Below, piece by piece: positions 8,279-17,772 of a DNA stretch of 64,000 nucleotides (the stretch's first letter is position 1; every line of letters begins with the position of its first letter). This DNA comes from Pirellulales bacterium. GTDB lineage: Bacteria; Planctomycetota; Planctomycetia; Pirellulales; PNKZ01. Below the pieces are notes generated by a model. That model did no database searches and was not told the DNA's origin. It was given only the letters and a program-made list of their open reading frames with translations. The stretch lies in NCBI GenBank assembly GCA_036272935.1, contig DATAXP010000143.1:20852-84851 (forward strand). The letters run 5' to 3'. The translations under genes and the position numbers were made by a program.

Positions 8279-8701
8279 ATGGCGATTCCCGACGACGACG
8301 TGTACCAGGAGCGCATCCTCGAGCACTTCGAGGAGCCGTACCATCGCGGCCACTGCCCGGCGGCCACCCACGCCCACGAGGACGATAATCCCCTGTGCGG
8401 CGACGTGGTGCGCGTCGAGCTGCAGGTCGACGACCAGGGGCGCGTGGCCGGTGCCTGGTTCCAGGGGGACGGTTGCTGCATCAGCCAGGCGGCCGCCTCA
8501 ATGCTCATGGAGAACGTCGAAGGGCGCACAGTCGAGCAGCTCCGCGCGATGTCGGCGACCGATATGCTGGCACTCTTCGGCGCCCGGCTCACCGCCAACC
8601 GGCAGAAATGCTGCCTGCTGGCGTGGCGCGTGCTGCAAGCGGCGATGTTCTCGCCGATCGATGGCGATAAGGCACCCGCCGCGAAGGACAGCGCGCCATG
8701 A
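8279..8701 (+). CDS. sufU: SUF-type Fe-S cluster scaffold / sulfur-acceptor protein
   Basis: Three conserved Cys contexts: NPLCGDVV, GDGCCISQAAAS and RQKCCLLAW. The start is set at ATG 8279 because the longer ORF (8147) reads through the repeat. The stop overlaps the sufS start (ATGA). Confidence 0.8.
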   Translation: MAIPDDDVYQERILEHFEEPYHRGHCPAATHAHEDDNPLCGDVVRVELQVDDQGRVAGAWFQGDGCCISQAAASMLMENVEGRTVEQLRAMSATDMLALFGARLTANRQKCCLLAWRVLQAAMFSPIDGDKAPAAKDSAP

Positions 8702-9972
8702 GTACGTCCGCCACCGCCAAGCCGCTCGATGTCGACGCGCTGCGGGCCGACTTTCCGATCCTGGCCACGCACATCCACGCCCGCGGCGACGACCCCGGTG
8801 TGCCGCTCGTCTACCTCGACAATGCCGCCACCACGCAGCGGCCTCGGCAAGTCATCCAGTCCGTGGTCGACGTTTACGAACGGCAATACGCAAACGTCCA
8901 TCGCGGCATCCATTGGCTCAGCGATCAGACGACCGACCTGTACGAGCAATCGCGCGCGAAGGTGCGGGCGTTCATCAACGCCCCGGCGCTCGAGCAGGTC
9001 ATCTTCACGCATGGCACCACCGAGAGCGTCAACCTGGTGGCGCGAAGCTGGGGCGACGCGAACCTGCGGCCCGGCGACGAAGTGCTGCTCACCGAGATGG
9101 AGCATCACGCTAATCTCGTCCCCTGGCAGCAGGCGGCCGAGCGCACCGGCGCGGTGCTGCGCCACATTCCGATCACCGACGACGGCCGGCTCGACCAGGA
9201 CACGCTGCCGCGCCTGCTCGGTGAGCGGACCAAGCTGGTCGCGGTGACGGCGGTGTCGAACGTGCTGGGGACGGTCAACCCGGTGGCGGAGATCATCGCC
9301 CAGGCACACGCCGTGGGGGCGGTGGTGCTCGTCGATGCCGCGCAGAGCGCTCCGCACCTGGCGACCGATGTTCAGGCATTGAATGCCGACTTCGTCGCCT
9401 TCAGCGGACATAAGATGCTCGGGCCGAGCGGCGTCGGCGTGCTGTGGGGGCGCGGGGAGCTGCTCGATGCGATGCCGCCCTTTTTGGGCGGCGGCAGCAT
9501 GATCCGCCGCGTGTACCTCGATCGTTTTGAGCCGGCCGAGCTGCCGTCGAAATTCGAGGCCGGCACGCCGCCGATCGTCTCGGCCATCGGCCTGGGAGCA
9601 GCCATCGACTACCTGCAAGCGATCGGCCTGCCGGCGATCCACGAGCACGAACAGCTCTTGTGCCGCCGCGCTCACGCACTGCTGGCCGATTTGCCAGGCG
9701 TGCGGATGCTGGGGCCTGCGCCCGAGCACAAGTCGGGCATCGTCAGCTTCACGCTCGACCGCATTCACGCGCACGACATTGCCCAGGTGCTCGACCGTCA
9801 TGGCGTGGCGATCCGTGCCGGCCACCACTGCGCCATGCCGCTGCACAAGCGGCTGGGAATCAACGCCAGCGCCCGGGCGAGCTTCTACTTTTACAACACG
9901 CTCGACGAAGTCGACCGTTTCGTCGCCGCCCTGGCCGATTGCCAGCGGGTCTTTTCGCGCCGGCGCACCTAG
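8698..9972 (+). CDS. sufS: Cysteine desulfurase, SufS type (class V aminotransferase)
   Basis: 424 aa. FSGHKMLGPSGVGVLWG contains the PLP lysine, and RAGHHCAMPL contains the active-site Cys loop. Confidence 0.9.
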   Translation: MSTSATAKPLDVDALRADFPILATHIHARGDDPGVPLVYLDNAATTQRPRQVIQSVVDVYERQYANVHRGIHWLSDQTTDLYEQSRAKVRAFINAPALEQVIFTHGTTESVNLVARSWGDANLRPGDEVLLTEMEHHANLVPWQQAAERTGAVLRHIPITDDGRLDQDTLPRLLGERTKLVAVTAVSNVLGTVNPVAEIIAQAHAVGAVVLVDAAQSAPHLATDVQALNADFVAFSGHKMLGPSGVGVLWGRGELLDAMPPFLGGGSMIRRVYLDRFEPAELPSKFEAGTPPIVSAIGLGAAIDYLQAIGLPAIHEHEQLLCRRAHALLADLPGVRMLGPAPEHKSGIVSFTLDRIHAHDIAQVLDRHGVAIRAGHHCAMPLHKRLGINASARASFYFYNTLDEVDRFVAALADCQRVFSRRRT

Positions 9973-9982
9973 GACAGCGACG

Positions 9983-10101
9983 GGCTCGTCGACTAGGGTG
10001 CCATGGCCACGCCGCGTGGCCATGCCGGTTCGAGGATCGAATTCCCGGCTGTGACCGTGAGCATGGCACCCAGGTCGCCTTGGACGCGCAGGGTGCCATG
10101 C
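9983..10101. repeat. Upstream REP cluster (2 hairpins)
   Basis: TAGGGTGCCATGGCCACGCCGCGTGGCCATGC has stem CATGGCCAC / GTGGCCATG. GCATGGCACCC-19 nt-GGGTGCCATGC lies at 10061-10101. Confidence 0.75.
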
Positions 10102-10141
10102 GCTCGGTCGCGTGGGCAGCGAGTGTTGGGTAGTTGCTGCC

Positions 10142-10717
10142 ATGGCGCCAACCCGTCGAAAACTTTGCCGCCGATACGATGTCGCTGGTGATGCGCACTG
10201 TCTAACTTTCTCGTGTTTCCGACGGCTCCCGTTGTTTGCCAAGCGGCGTTCTTGCCAATGGATGCTCGATGCGCTATGCCTCGGTCATGTCCGGGGCCAG
10301 TTTGACCTTTGGGCGTACTGCATCATGCCTGAACACGTGCATATTCTGCTGTTGCCACGGACCGACATCAAGATCTCGCAAGTGCTTACGACAATCAAAC
10401 AGTCGGTATCGAAGCGAGCGATCATTTGGCTGCGGGAGAATCGCCCCGAGTTCCTTCCGCGAATTGAGGATCTTCAGCCCAACGGTCGGCGCGCACATCG
10501 CTTCTGGCAACGTGGTGGAGGTTACGACCGAAATCTCCGTAGCGTTTCGGGTATTCACGAGAAGGCTGCGTATATCCACCGCAACCCGGTGCGCCGCGGA
10601 TTGGTCGCGACGCCGGAGGAATGGCCGTGGTCGAGTGCCCTGGCGTGGGCGACAGGGCGAGATGAACCGATCGCAATCGACCGCGGATCGTTTCCACCGC
10701 TCATTGTCGCGCGTTGA
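10142..10717 (+). CDS. REP-associated tyrosine transposase (RAYT; IS200-like Y1/HUH family)
   Basis: HUH motif in PEHVHILLL and catalytic Tyr motif AAYIHRNPVRRGL. About 190 aa and single copy in the window. The start is moved to ATG 10142 to clear the REP hairpin. Confidence 0.8.
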   Translation: MAPTRRKLCRRYDVAGDAHCLTFSCFRRLPLFAKRRSCQWMLDALCLGHVRGQFDLWAYCIMPEHVHILLLPRTDIKISQVLTTIKQSVSKRAIIWLRENRPEFLPRIEDLQPNGRRAHRFWQRGGGYDRNLRSVSGIHEKAAYIHRNPVRRGLVATPEEWPWSSALAWATGRDEPIAIDRGSFPPLIVAR

Positions 10718-10720
10718 GCA

Positions 10721-10918
10721 GGGTACCTTGGCCACGGCGCGCGTGGCCATGCTTGTTCAAGGTCAAGGCTCGCATGCCCACGGCAGCCGTGGGCATGGCA
10801 CCGCGGGAGGGGGCTCGCCGACTGTCAGCGCGTCCTTTCGCGTAAGCGCACGTAGGGCATCGATCGGCTCGTCGATTAGGGTGCCATGGCCACGCCGCGT
10901 GGCCATGCTGGTTCGAAG
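10721..10918. repeat. Downstream REP cluster (3 hairpins)
   Basis: GGGTACCTTGGCCACGGCGCGCGTGGCCATGC (10721-10752), GCATGCCCACGGCAGCCGTGGGCATGGCACC (10772-10802), and the 53-nt unit at 10866-10918. Confidence 0.75.
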
Positions 10919-11018
10919 CTCACGCTGGCTTTGCCCAGCTTAACTTTTCCGGGGGAGCGGTTGGCACCATTTTGGCGCGCACATTGCTGCGTCCAGGGAT
11001 GAACCCTTCTTGTAAAGG

Positions 11019-11906
11019 ATGCACCCCATGAGCGATTCGGCGACTTTATCGGAAATCGTTGTAAGCGAGCCGATGCCGGCACTGGCGGTCCGCGCCTACG
11101 GAATGACCGACCCCGGTCGCAAGCGTCCGACGAACGAAGATCAGTTTCTGATCGCCGAGCTGACCAAGGCGATGCACGTGCAGCAGGCCAGCCTGCCGCA
11201 GCCGAAGACCCAGTTCGCCGAGGAGCGTGGCCACCTGTTCGTCGTGGCCGACGGCATGGGAGGCCGCGAGGCAGGCGAGCACGCCAGCGCGCTGGCGGTC
11301 GAGACCATCGAACGGTTCGCGCTCAACACGCTCAAATGGTTCTTCTTTCTCAAGGGGACCGAAGAGCAGAGCATCCTCGAAGAATTTCAGCATGCGCTGC
11401 AGCAGGCCGACGCGCGGGTGTGCCGCGAGGCGGCGGAGCATCCCGAGTGGTCGGGCATGGGGACCACGGTCACGATCGCCTATACGTTCGGTGCCCGGCT
11501 GTTCGTGGTGCACGTCGGCGATAGCCGCTGCTATCTGATGCGCGGCGGCGAAATGCACCGCATCACCCGCGACCACACGTTCGTGGAAGAGATGGTACGG
11601 CTGGGGCAACTGCAACCCAGCGAGGCGGCCAATCACCGCCTCCGCCATGTCATCACCAATGCCGTCGGTGGCGACACGAAGGGGGTGAAGGTCGAATGCC
11701 ATCGTCTGGAACTGGAACCTGGCGACACGGTGCTGCTCTGTTCCGACGGCCTGACCGAAATGGTCGCCGACGAGCGTATCCAAGCCGTTCTGCAAGCGAC
11801 GGCCGACCCGCGTGCCGCCTGCGAGTTACTTGTGGCCGAGGCCAACGAGCGAGGGGGCGCCGACAACATCACGGTCGTCACGGCCCACTTCGACGCGCTC
11901 GGTTAA
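11019..11906 (+). CDS. PP2C-family Ser/Thr protein phosphatase
   Basis: RPTNEDQF, VVADGMGG, HVGDSRCY, LLCSDGL and GGADNITVV are PPM motifs. 295 aa. Confidence 0.85.
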   Translation: MHPMSDSATLSEIVVSEPMPALAVRAYGMTDPGRKRPTNEDQFLIAELTKAMHVQQASLPQPKTQFAEERGHLFVVADGMGGREAGEHASALAVETIERFALNTLKWFFFLKGTEEQSILEEFQHALQQADARVCREAAEHPEWSGMGTTVTIAYTFGARLFVVHVGDSRCYLMRGGEMHRITRDHTFVEEMVRLGQLQPSEAANHRLRHVITNAVGGDTKGVKVECHRLELEPGDTVLLCSDGLTEMVADERIQAVLQATADPRAACELLVAEANERGGADNITVVTAHFDALG

Positions 11907-11925
11907 CCACATCCAGAGCTCCGCA

Positions 11926-13371
11926 TCAACCGCCGATGTAGCGGCTCAACATTGCCAAGTTCTTAATGAACGTCGCGCTGCGAATGACGCGCGTTGTGTC
12001 GTCCTGCGAGCCGTGGTAGCGTAAGCGGCCTTCCTCGACCCAGGCACCACGGACATCGAGGCCGGCGATCACCTCTCGAAGCTCACCGGGCTTCGGACGT
12101 TCCTTGTCTGCACGGCGTGCCGCACGCAGTTCGCTGAGGCCGGCCTGGTCGAGCTTGGCCAGCTTCGTGTAGCGCGCCGTCAACTTGGCGAGATGGTTGT
12201 CGACCTTGAACCCGTAATGCGTCGGCATGTCGCTGTCGTCGTACGTCAGCTCATAATCGCGCGTGAAGTACAGCGGCTTGTTCGTCTTCAACTCGTAGAA
12301 CCGCGCAAACTGCTTGTCGGGCAGCAGTGATTGTTGCAGATACTCCAGCGCCCGGGGAATCGGTTCGAGGAACTTACGGTCGCCCGTTTCCTCGTACACT
12401 CGCAGCAAGGCTTCGATCGCCCCTTCCGATTCGCGCGACGTGATGGCCGGCGGCTCGAATTTGCGTGCCCAGCATGGGTGCATCTCGAAGTCGTACTGTT
12501 GAGCCCAGGCGGGCTGCGGCTCCGGCATCCGGGCTAGCAGCAAGAACTCGCCGCCGCAAGTTGCCGCCTGGCGATAACGCTCGTCGCCGTAAACCTCGGC
12601 GGCCAGGAACATGGTGGCAATCGTGTCGGCCATCGCATTGTCGTTGAGCGTGTAGAAAACCCAATAATCGCCACCAGGATATTTGCGCGACCACTCGGCC
12701 GGATCACTGGCCCGCAACTCGGGATGGTCGGTCGATGGTGCAGGTTCCTCGAACGCTTGCGGCCAGCCGCCGTTGGCGTGCTGCGCCTTGCAAACCGCAT
12801 CGAGCGCGAGACGGACCGCCTCGTTCAACCGCGAGTCGCTCTGGCTGAGCACCTGGTCGAGCCGCATCAGGAATCGCAATGCCGATTGCGTTTTGTCGTC
12901 GTCGAAGCTCGACCAGTTGAAGCCGGGTTTCTTTTTGCGCGGCGGGTCGACGCGGTAGTTGAACTTCGCACGCCGCTCGGGATCGAATTCCACGCGATCG
13001 TTCCAGCAACCGCTGCGCAACTGTCCTTGAAGCAGGCTCTCAGCGGCGGCCTTCGCGGCTTCGAGGCACGATTTCTCGCCGGTCAGCTTGTACGCCTCGA
13101 CCAGTGCCATTCCGATAGCGGGCGTCCCGGGGGGCTGCACCCACACGGTATCGCCATCGGTCTTGCCCTCTCCTTCGCTCTTTGCCAGATCGGCGCTGTA
13201 CTGGTACACGTACCCGCCGTGCGTCGCGACCTTGCCGGCATAAAACCCCACGGCGCGGCGCAGGGCTTCGCGTGCATCGTTTTGCAGCGCGTCGTCAGCT
13301 CCGAGCGCGCAGCGAAGCAGCGCGGCCGCGAAGAGGCACACGGACGCAACAGGCACAACCCGGCGATTCAT
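11926..13371 (-). CDS. Secreted alpha/alpha-toroid protein (pectate lyase PelA/Pel-15E-like or prenyltransferase-like repeats)
   Basis: 481 aa with a signal peptide. Recurring aromatic/GGW-type repeats are seen (HGGYVYQY, RSGCWNDR, HANGGWPQ). The family assignment is from memory and tentative. Confidence 0.4.
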   Translation of the reverse strand: MNRRVVPVASVCLFAAALLRCALGADDALQNDAREALRRAVGFYAGKVATHGGYVYQYSADLAKSEGEGKTDGDTVWVQPPGTPAIGMALVEAYKLTGEKSCLEAAKAAAESLLQGQLRSGCWNDRVEFDPERRAKFNYRVDPPRKKKPGFNWSSFDDDKTQSALRFLMRLDQVLSQSDSRLNEAVRLALDAVCKAQHANGGWPQAFEEPAPSTDHPELRASDPAEWSRKYPGGDYWVFYTLNDNAMADTIATMFLAAEVYGDERYRQAATCGGEFLLLARMPEPQPAWAQQYDFEMHPCWARKFEPPAITSRESEGAIEALLRVYEETGDRKFLEPIPRALEYLQQSLLPDKQFARFYELKTNKPLYFTRDYELTYDDSDMPTHYGFKVDNHLAKLTARYTKLAKLDQAGLSELRAARRADKERPKPGELREVIAGLDVRGAWVEEGRLRYHGSQDDTTRVIRSATFIKNLAMLSRYIGG

Positions 13372-13454
13372 GGCGAGTCCTTCGGCAGTCAGATCTGACA
13401 GGCTGTCAGCTCATAGATTAAACTAAGGTTTTGTCGACGTCTTTGGGGTTCTCG

Positions 13455-14900
13455 ATGCACGATTACGATCGGTACGACAACCCGCTGGTCGCCCGTTACG
13501 CCTCGCTGGCGATGACGGAGCTGTGGAGCCCGCGGAAAAAGTTTCGCACCTGGCGGCAACTGTGGGTTGCGCTGGCCGAGGCGCAGGCCGAGCTGGGGTT
13601 GCCGATCACGCCCGAGCAGATCGAGCAAATGAGCGCCCACCTCGACACGGTCGACTTCACCGTGGCCGAGGCCTACGAGCGCCGGCTGCGGCACGACGTG
13701 ATGGCGCATGTCCATGCGTTCGGCGACGATTGCCCCGCCGCGCGCGGCATCATCCACCTGGGGGCGACAAGCTGCTATGTGACCGACAACACCGACCTGC
13801 TGCTGATGCGCGAAGGGCTTGAACTGCTGCGCGGACGGTTGGTGAGCGTGATCGACGCTCTGGCAGGGTTTGCCGAGCGGCAGCGAGCGCAGCCCTGCCT
13901 GGGATACACGCACTTGCAGCCGGCCCAGCCGACGACGCTCGGCAAGCGCGTCTGCCTGTGGATTTACGACCTGGTGCTCGACCTGGATGAACTGGAGACG
14001 CGGCTATCGCGGCTGCGGGCACGCGGCATCAAGGGCACCACCGGCACGCAGGCGAGTTTTCTCGAATTGTTCGGCGGCGACCACGCCAAGGTCCGCCGGC
14101 TCGACGAGATGGTGAGCGCCAGGCTCGGCTTTGCGGCCAGCTACGCCGTCACCGGGCAGACGTACTCCCGCAAGATCGACTCGCAGGTGCTCGGCGTCTT
14201 GTCGGGCATTGCCCAGAGCGCCGCAAAGGCGGCGACCGACCTGCGCCTGCTGCAAAGTTTCAAGGAAGTGGAAGAACCGTTCGAGACCGAGCAGATCGGT
14301 TCATCGGCGATGGCGTACAAGCGCAATCCGATGCGATCGGAACGGATTTGCGGGCTAGGGCGGTTCGTGACGAGCGTGGAATCGAGTGCCGCCGCGACCG
14401 CTTCGACCCAGTGGCTGGAGCGCACGTTGGACGACAGCGCGAACCGGCGGCTGACGCTGCCGCAGGCGTTCCTGGCGGTCGACGCGATTTTGCTGCTCTA
14501 TCGCAACGTGGCCGAGGGGCTGGTCGCTTATCCGCGCGTGATGCACTCGCGGCTGATGGCGGAGTTGCCGTTCATGGCGACCGAGAACATTCTGATGGCT
14601 GCCGTTGCCCAGGGGGGCGATCGGCAATCGCTGCACGAGCGCATCCGCCGGCACAGCCAGGCGGCCGCCGCGGTAGTGAAGCTCGAAGGAGGCGAGAACG
14701 ATTTGATCGAACGGCTGCGTGGCGACCCGGCGTTCGCGAAAGTCAATCTCGCCGCGGCGCTCGATCCGGCGCGTTACGTCGGCCGGGCTCCCGAGCAGGT
14801 TGACGAGTTCCTGGCCGAAGTGGTTGCGCCGATCCGCGCGCGGTACGAGCAGCACCTTGCCACCGATGCAGCCGGCAACGATGCCGAAGTGAAAGTGTAA
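13455..14900 (+). CDS. purB: Adenylosuccinate lyase
   Basis: [17 protein letters not shown]...[20 protein letters not shown] is the ADSL N-terminus, and [15 protein letters not shown] is the signature loop. The ATG at 13455 is preferred over the TTG at 13431. Confidence 0.9.
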   Translation: MHDYDRYDNPLVARYASLAMTELWSPRKKFRTWRQLWVALAEAQAELGLPITPEQIEQMSAHLDTVDFTVAEAYERRLRHDVMAHVHAFGDDCPAARGIIHLGATSCYVTDNTDLLLMREGLELLRGRLVSVIDALAGFAERQRAQPCLGYTHLQPAQPTTLGKRVCLWIYDLVLDLDELETRLSRLRARGIKGTTGTQASFLELFGGDHAKVRRLDEMVSARLGFAASYAVTGQTYSRKIDSQVLGVLSGIAQSAAKAATDLRLLQSFKEVEEPFETEQIGSSAMAYKRNPMRSERICGLGRFVTSVESSAAATASTQWLERTLDDSANRRLTLPQAFLAVDAILLLYRNVAEGLVAYPRVMHSRLMAELPFMATENILMAAVAQGGDRQSLHERIRRHSQAAAAVVKLEGGENDLIERLRGDPAFAKVNLAAALDPARYVGRAPEQVDEFLAEVVAPIRARYEQHLATDAAGNDAEVKV

Positions 14901-14905
14901 CGGCG

Positions 14906-15427
14906 CTAGATCAAATCCAGCCGCTGGGTGCGGCGCTTGGGGCGCGCGCAGTCGGCGCAGATGCCCTGGATGATCAGCCGGTGGCCGACGACGCGGAAGT
15001 TGTGCTCGCGGGCCACGGCGTCGCGGATCGCTTTCACTTCGTCGCTGCTGAACTCGATCAGCTTTTCGCAGCGCTGGCAGTAGAGATGGTCGTGCTGCGG
15101 ATAGCCGTAGTCGTGCTCGTACACACTGCGGCCGCCGAGCGTCATTTGCCGCAGCAGGCCGGCATCGACTAGCTCGCTCAGCGTGCGGTACACCGTGGGC
15201 CGGCTGACCTCGCGATTGCCGAACTGCTTTTGCAGGTTGGCCAGCAGCTCGTCGGCGTCGAAATGGTCGTGCCGGGCAAAAACGTGCTCGACGATGATCC
15301 GCCGTTGCTTGGTGACCCGCTTGCCGCGGCTCTGCAAAAACTCTTCGAACCGTTCGAGCGGCGTCAGGGCCACTTCGACCGTCTGCAACGAAAAATCTTG
15401 CGACATAACGTCCCGACGCTTCCGCAA
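14906..15427 (-). CDS. fur: Fur-family metalloregulator
   Basis: Winged-helix region SRPTVYRTLSELVDAGLL, HDH metal site, and CQRC...CADC structural Zn site. An alternative start lies at 15406. Confidence 0.8.
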   Translation of the reverse strand: MRKRRDVMSQDFSLQTVEVALTPLERFEEFLQSRGKRVTKQRRIIVEHVFARHDHFDADELLANLQKQFGNREVSRPTVYRTLSELVDAGLLRQMTLGGRSVYEHDYGYPQHDHLYCQRCEKLIEFSSDEVKAIRDAVAREHNFRVVGHRLIIQGICADCARPKRRTQRLDLI

Positions 15428-15554
15428 TGAGCAAAGGCCCCAGAAATGGGCCTCTCTATTCTAAGCCACGGGCGCGATTCGGGAACAGGGGCGGCGGGGC
15501 GCCGACCGCGTGAAACGCGGCGGCCAAGGCCGCCGGCTAAACGGACGCCGGCAC

Positions 15555-15830
15555 CTACGCGATCTCGTCGAGCAGCCGTTCCAGGGCGGCGTCGAGCTTC
15601 GCGGCGGTTTCGTAGTTGCCGCTGGCGATTTGCGCTCGGAGCTGATTCACGCGGTCGCTGCGGATGTCGGGCATCTCGCCGATCTGCGTCAGAAATTGGG
15701 CCTCGGGCGAGATGTCGATTTGATCGCTCACATCGACACTGCGGATCGAGGCCGCGCCGGCCGGCTTGGCGGCGTGCGGAGCGAGTACCGACTGGGGACC
15801 GTGGACTAAAGCAGGGCCATAGATTTGCAT
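15555..15830 (-). CDS. flgM: Anti-sigma-28 factor FlgM
   Basis: 91 aa. The C-terminal RSDRVNQLRAQIASGNYETAAKLDAALERLL matches the FlgM sigma-binding helix pattern. Confidence 0.7.
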   Translation of the reverse strand: MQIYGPALVHGPQSVLAPHAAKPAGAASIRSVDVSDQIDISPEAQFLTQIGEMPDIRSDRVNQLRAQIASGNYETAAKLDAALERLLDEIA

Positions 15831-16348
15831 TGCAAGTTCCTTTTTGTGTCGAGCCTACCCGCCATGGAAGATTCGTTCGGCGCCGCTTTCCATGTCGCTC
15901 GACTCGCGGGCCACTGCACCCCTGACCATCGGCCAAGGACTGCGGCCCAGATCAATCTTATCTTTGGTCGATCGCATACGCCATAAAGCCATGAATCGAC
16001 AGTCGTAGCGGCTGTGCTGCGCGCCGGCCGAATCCGGCACAATGCACTCCATACGCTCTGTCGGTCGAACCGGTTCTTGCTAGCCCGCGACAAAAATCCG
16101 GCGGGATTATAGGACCGCCGCGCTAGCGTCACAAGACGAGCCGCAACCTCTTGAACGACTACCGCTTGCCGTGTGGTGTGGCCGGTCGGACGTTCTGGTA
16201 GAATTTGCCGGAACTTTCGATGCTGGCGCTGGTTTCATGAACCGGGGGAGATCAGCGGGCAAGGGCTAGCAGCGACCACGCTGGCAACGACTTCTCGCAC
16301 TCTCCTAACGATTTCGCCGTTCGGCCCAAACCTCGGAGTACCGTCGCC

Positions 16349-17533
16349 ATGAAACGCCTTGTCGCCCTTCGCTTCCTGACCGCGGCCGGAGTGCTGTCGG
16401 TCGCCACGAGTCTTGCTGCCGCCGAGGGTGATGCCGCCAAGGGCGATCGCGATGCCCTGTTCGGGCGGCTCGACACCGACGGCGACGGCGTGATCAGCAA
16501 AGATGAGGTGCCCGACGCCCAGCAACGGATGTTCGAGCGCCTGCTGCGCAACGGCGACAAAAACGACGACGGCAAGCTCAGCAAGGAAGAGTTCATGGCG
16601 GCCGGCGCGGGCGAGCGACCGGCGGGTGATCGGCCAGGAGCCGCAAGCGGCCGCGGCGGCGATACGGGACGCCGGCCTGAGGGGGCCGAGCCGCAGGCGG
16701 AAGAGATCTTCGCCAGCCGCGATGAGAACAAGGACGGCAAGCTCCAGCGCGACGAAGTTCCCGAAGAGCGCCGCGAAGGATTCGATCGCATGGTCGAGCA
16801 TTTCGATGCCGACGGCGACAAGGCGCTTTCACTCGACGAGTTCAAGAAAGGCTTGGCCATGATGCGCTCCGGCGGCGCCGCTGGCGCTGGCCAGGCGCAA
16901 CGGGCGCCGGAAGGCCGACCCGGCGCCGGTGCTGGCGGTATGGGCGGAGGCGGTTTGTTCGGCGCGCTCGACACGAACCACGACGGCAAACTCTCCGGCG
17001 ATGAGATTGCCGCCGCCAGCGAGTCGCTGAAGAAGCTCGACAAGGACGGCGACGGCACGATCACCGGTCAGGAAGCGTTCGCCGGCATGCCCGGTCGCGA
17101 CATGCCGCGCGGCGGCACTCCGGGCGCCCCCGGAAGCGCAGCCGGCGGCGGCAACGAAATGGCCAAGCAGATGATCGCCCGGGCCGACGCTAACGGCGAC
17201 GGCAAGCTCAGCAAGGACGAAGCTCCGGATCGCCTGCGCGACAACTTCGATCGCGTCGACCGCAACGGCGACGGATTCGTCGATGCCAGTGAATTGGGGG
17301 TGGTCGTCGGCGGTGGCGGCCGGCCTGGTGCTCCGGGAGCAGGCGGCGCGGGCGGTGGCGGCGACATGGCCAAGCAGATTCTCAGCCGCAACGACGCCAA
17401 CAACGACGGCAAGCTCAGCCGCGATGAAGCCCCGGATTGGATGAAAAACAACTTCGACAAGCTCGACCGCAACAGCGACGGGTTCCTCGAGGCCAGCGAG
17501 CTGCAGGCACCCGGCCGGCGGCCGAACCAGTAA
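16349..17533 (+). CDS. Secreted calcium-binding protein with 10 EF-hand loops
   Basis: Signal peptide followed by ten DxDxDG-type 12-residue loops (DTDGDGVISKDE, DKNDDGKLSKEE ... DRNSDGFLEASE), separated by Gly/Ala/Pro-rich linkers. Confidence 0.85.
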   Translation: MKRLVALRFLTAAGVLSVATSLAAAEGDAAKGDRDALFGRLDTDGDGVISKDEVPDAQQRMFERLLRNGDKNDDGKLSKEEFMAAGAGERPAGDRPGAASGRGGDTGRRPEGAEPQAEEIFASRDENKDGKLQRDEVPEERREGFDRMVEHFDADGDKALSLDEFKKGLAMMRSGGAAGAGQAQRAPEGRPGAGAGGMGGGGLFGALDTNHDGKLSGDEIAAASESLKKLDKDGDGTITGQEAFAGMPGRDMPRGGTPGAPGSAAGGGNEMAKQMIARADANGDGKLSKDEAPDRLRDNFDRVDRNGDGFVDASELGVVVGGGGRPGAPGAGGAGGGGDMAKQILSRNDANNDGKLSRDEAPDWMKNNFDKLDRNSDGFLEASELQAPGRRPNQ

Positions 17534-17601
17534 TGCCGGCCCGCCGGTTTGGTGCGATGTCGCACCGAACATGAACAATCCGAAATGCTCCCCCTGGCCC
17601 C

Positions 17602-17636
17602 GATACCCGGCACAAAACGTGCCGGGTATTTTTTTG
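17602..17636 (+). terminator. Rho-independent terminator of the EF-hand gene
   Basis: GATACCCGGCAC-loop-GTGCCGGGTAT followed by TTTTTTT. A second small hairpin GGTGCGA-TG-TCGCACC lies at about 17549-17565. Confidence 0.8.
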
Positions 17637-17772
17637 CGCACAGCCGGGGGGCTGCGGCAGATAATAGGATCGAGCGAACCTGAACGACAGCCGGGTGTCC
17701 TACGTAATGAATGCTGTGGGAGCAATCCTGGGAGCATTGAAACGGCAGCGAAGAGAGCAAAACAGGTGGGCC

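Larger units (their letters stand above)
9983..10918 (+). mobile_element. REPtron-like unit: Y1 transposase gene bracketed by REP hairpin clusters
   Basis: 53-nt direct repeats at 9983-10035 and 10866-10918 are 50/53 identical. Extra hairpins with GGGTGCCATG / CATGGCACCC ends lie on both sides of the HUH/Y1 gene. No tnpB and no IS-type ends are seen. Confidence 0.65.

Noticed and set aside
8008-10242. 744-aa ORF antisense to sufU-sufS and running through the REP cluster
   Set aside because: High-GC antisense artefact. It overlaps two genes with unambiguous catalytic motifs and reads through palindromic repeats.
10142-10717. Classifying the Y1 transposase as an ordinary IS200/IS605 insertion sequence
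   Set aside because: No tnpB and no second copy are present in the window. The flanks are REP-type hairpin clusters rather than IS subterminal structures. The REPtron reading still needs genome-wide confirmation.
14355-15434. 359-aa minus-strand ORF spanning the purB 3' end and fur
   Set aside because: It overlaps both a clear purB (opposite strand) and a clear fur (same strand, different frame).
15806-16132. 108-aa ORF upstream of flgM
   Set aside because: W/R-rich composition unlike real genes here. It overlaps the flgM start and has no motif, so the region is treated as non-coding.
16252-17064. 270-aa Ser/Pro/Ala-rich ORF antisense to the EF-hand gene
   Set aside because: It is the mirror of the repetitive EF-hand coding sequence, and the sense frame has ten canonical Ca loops.
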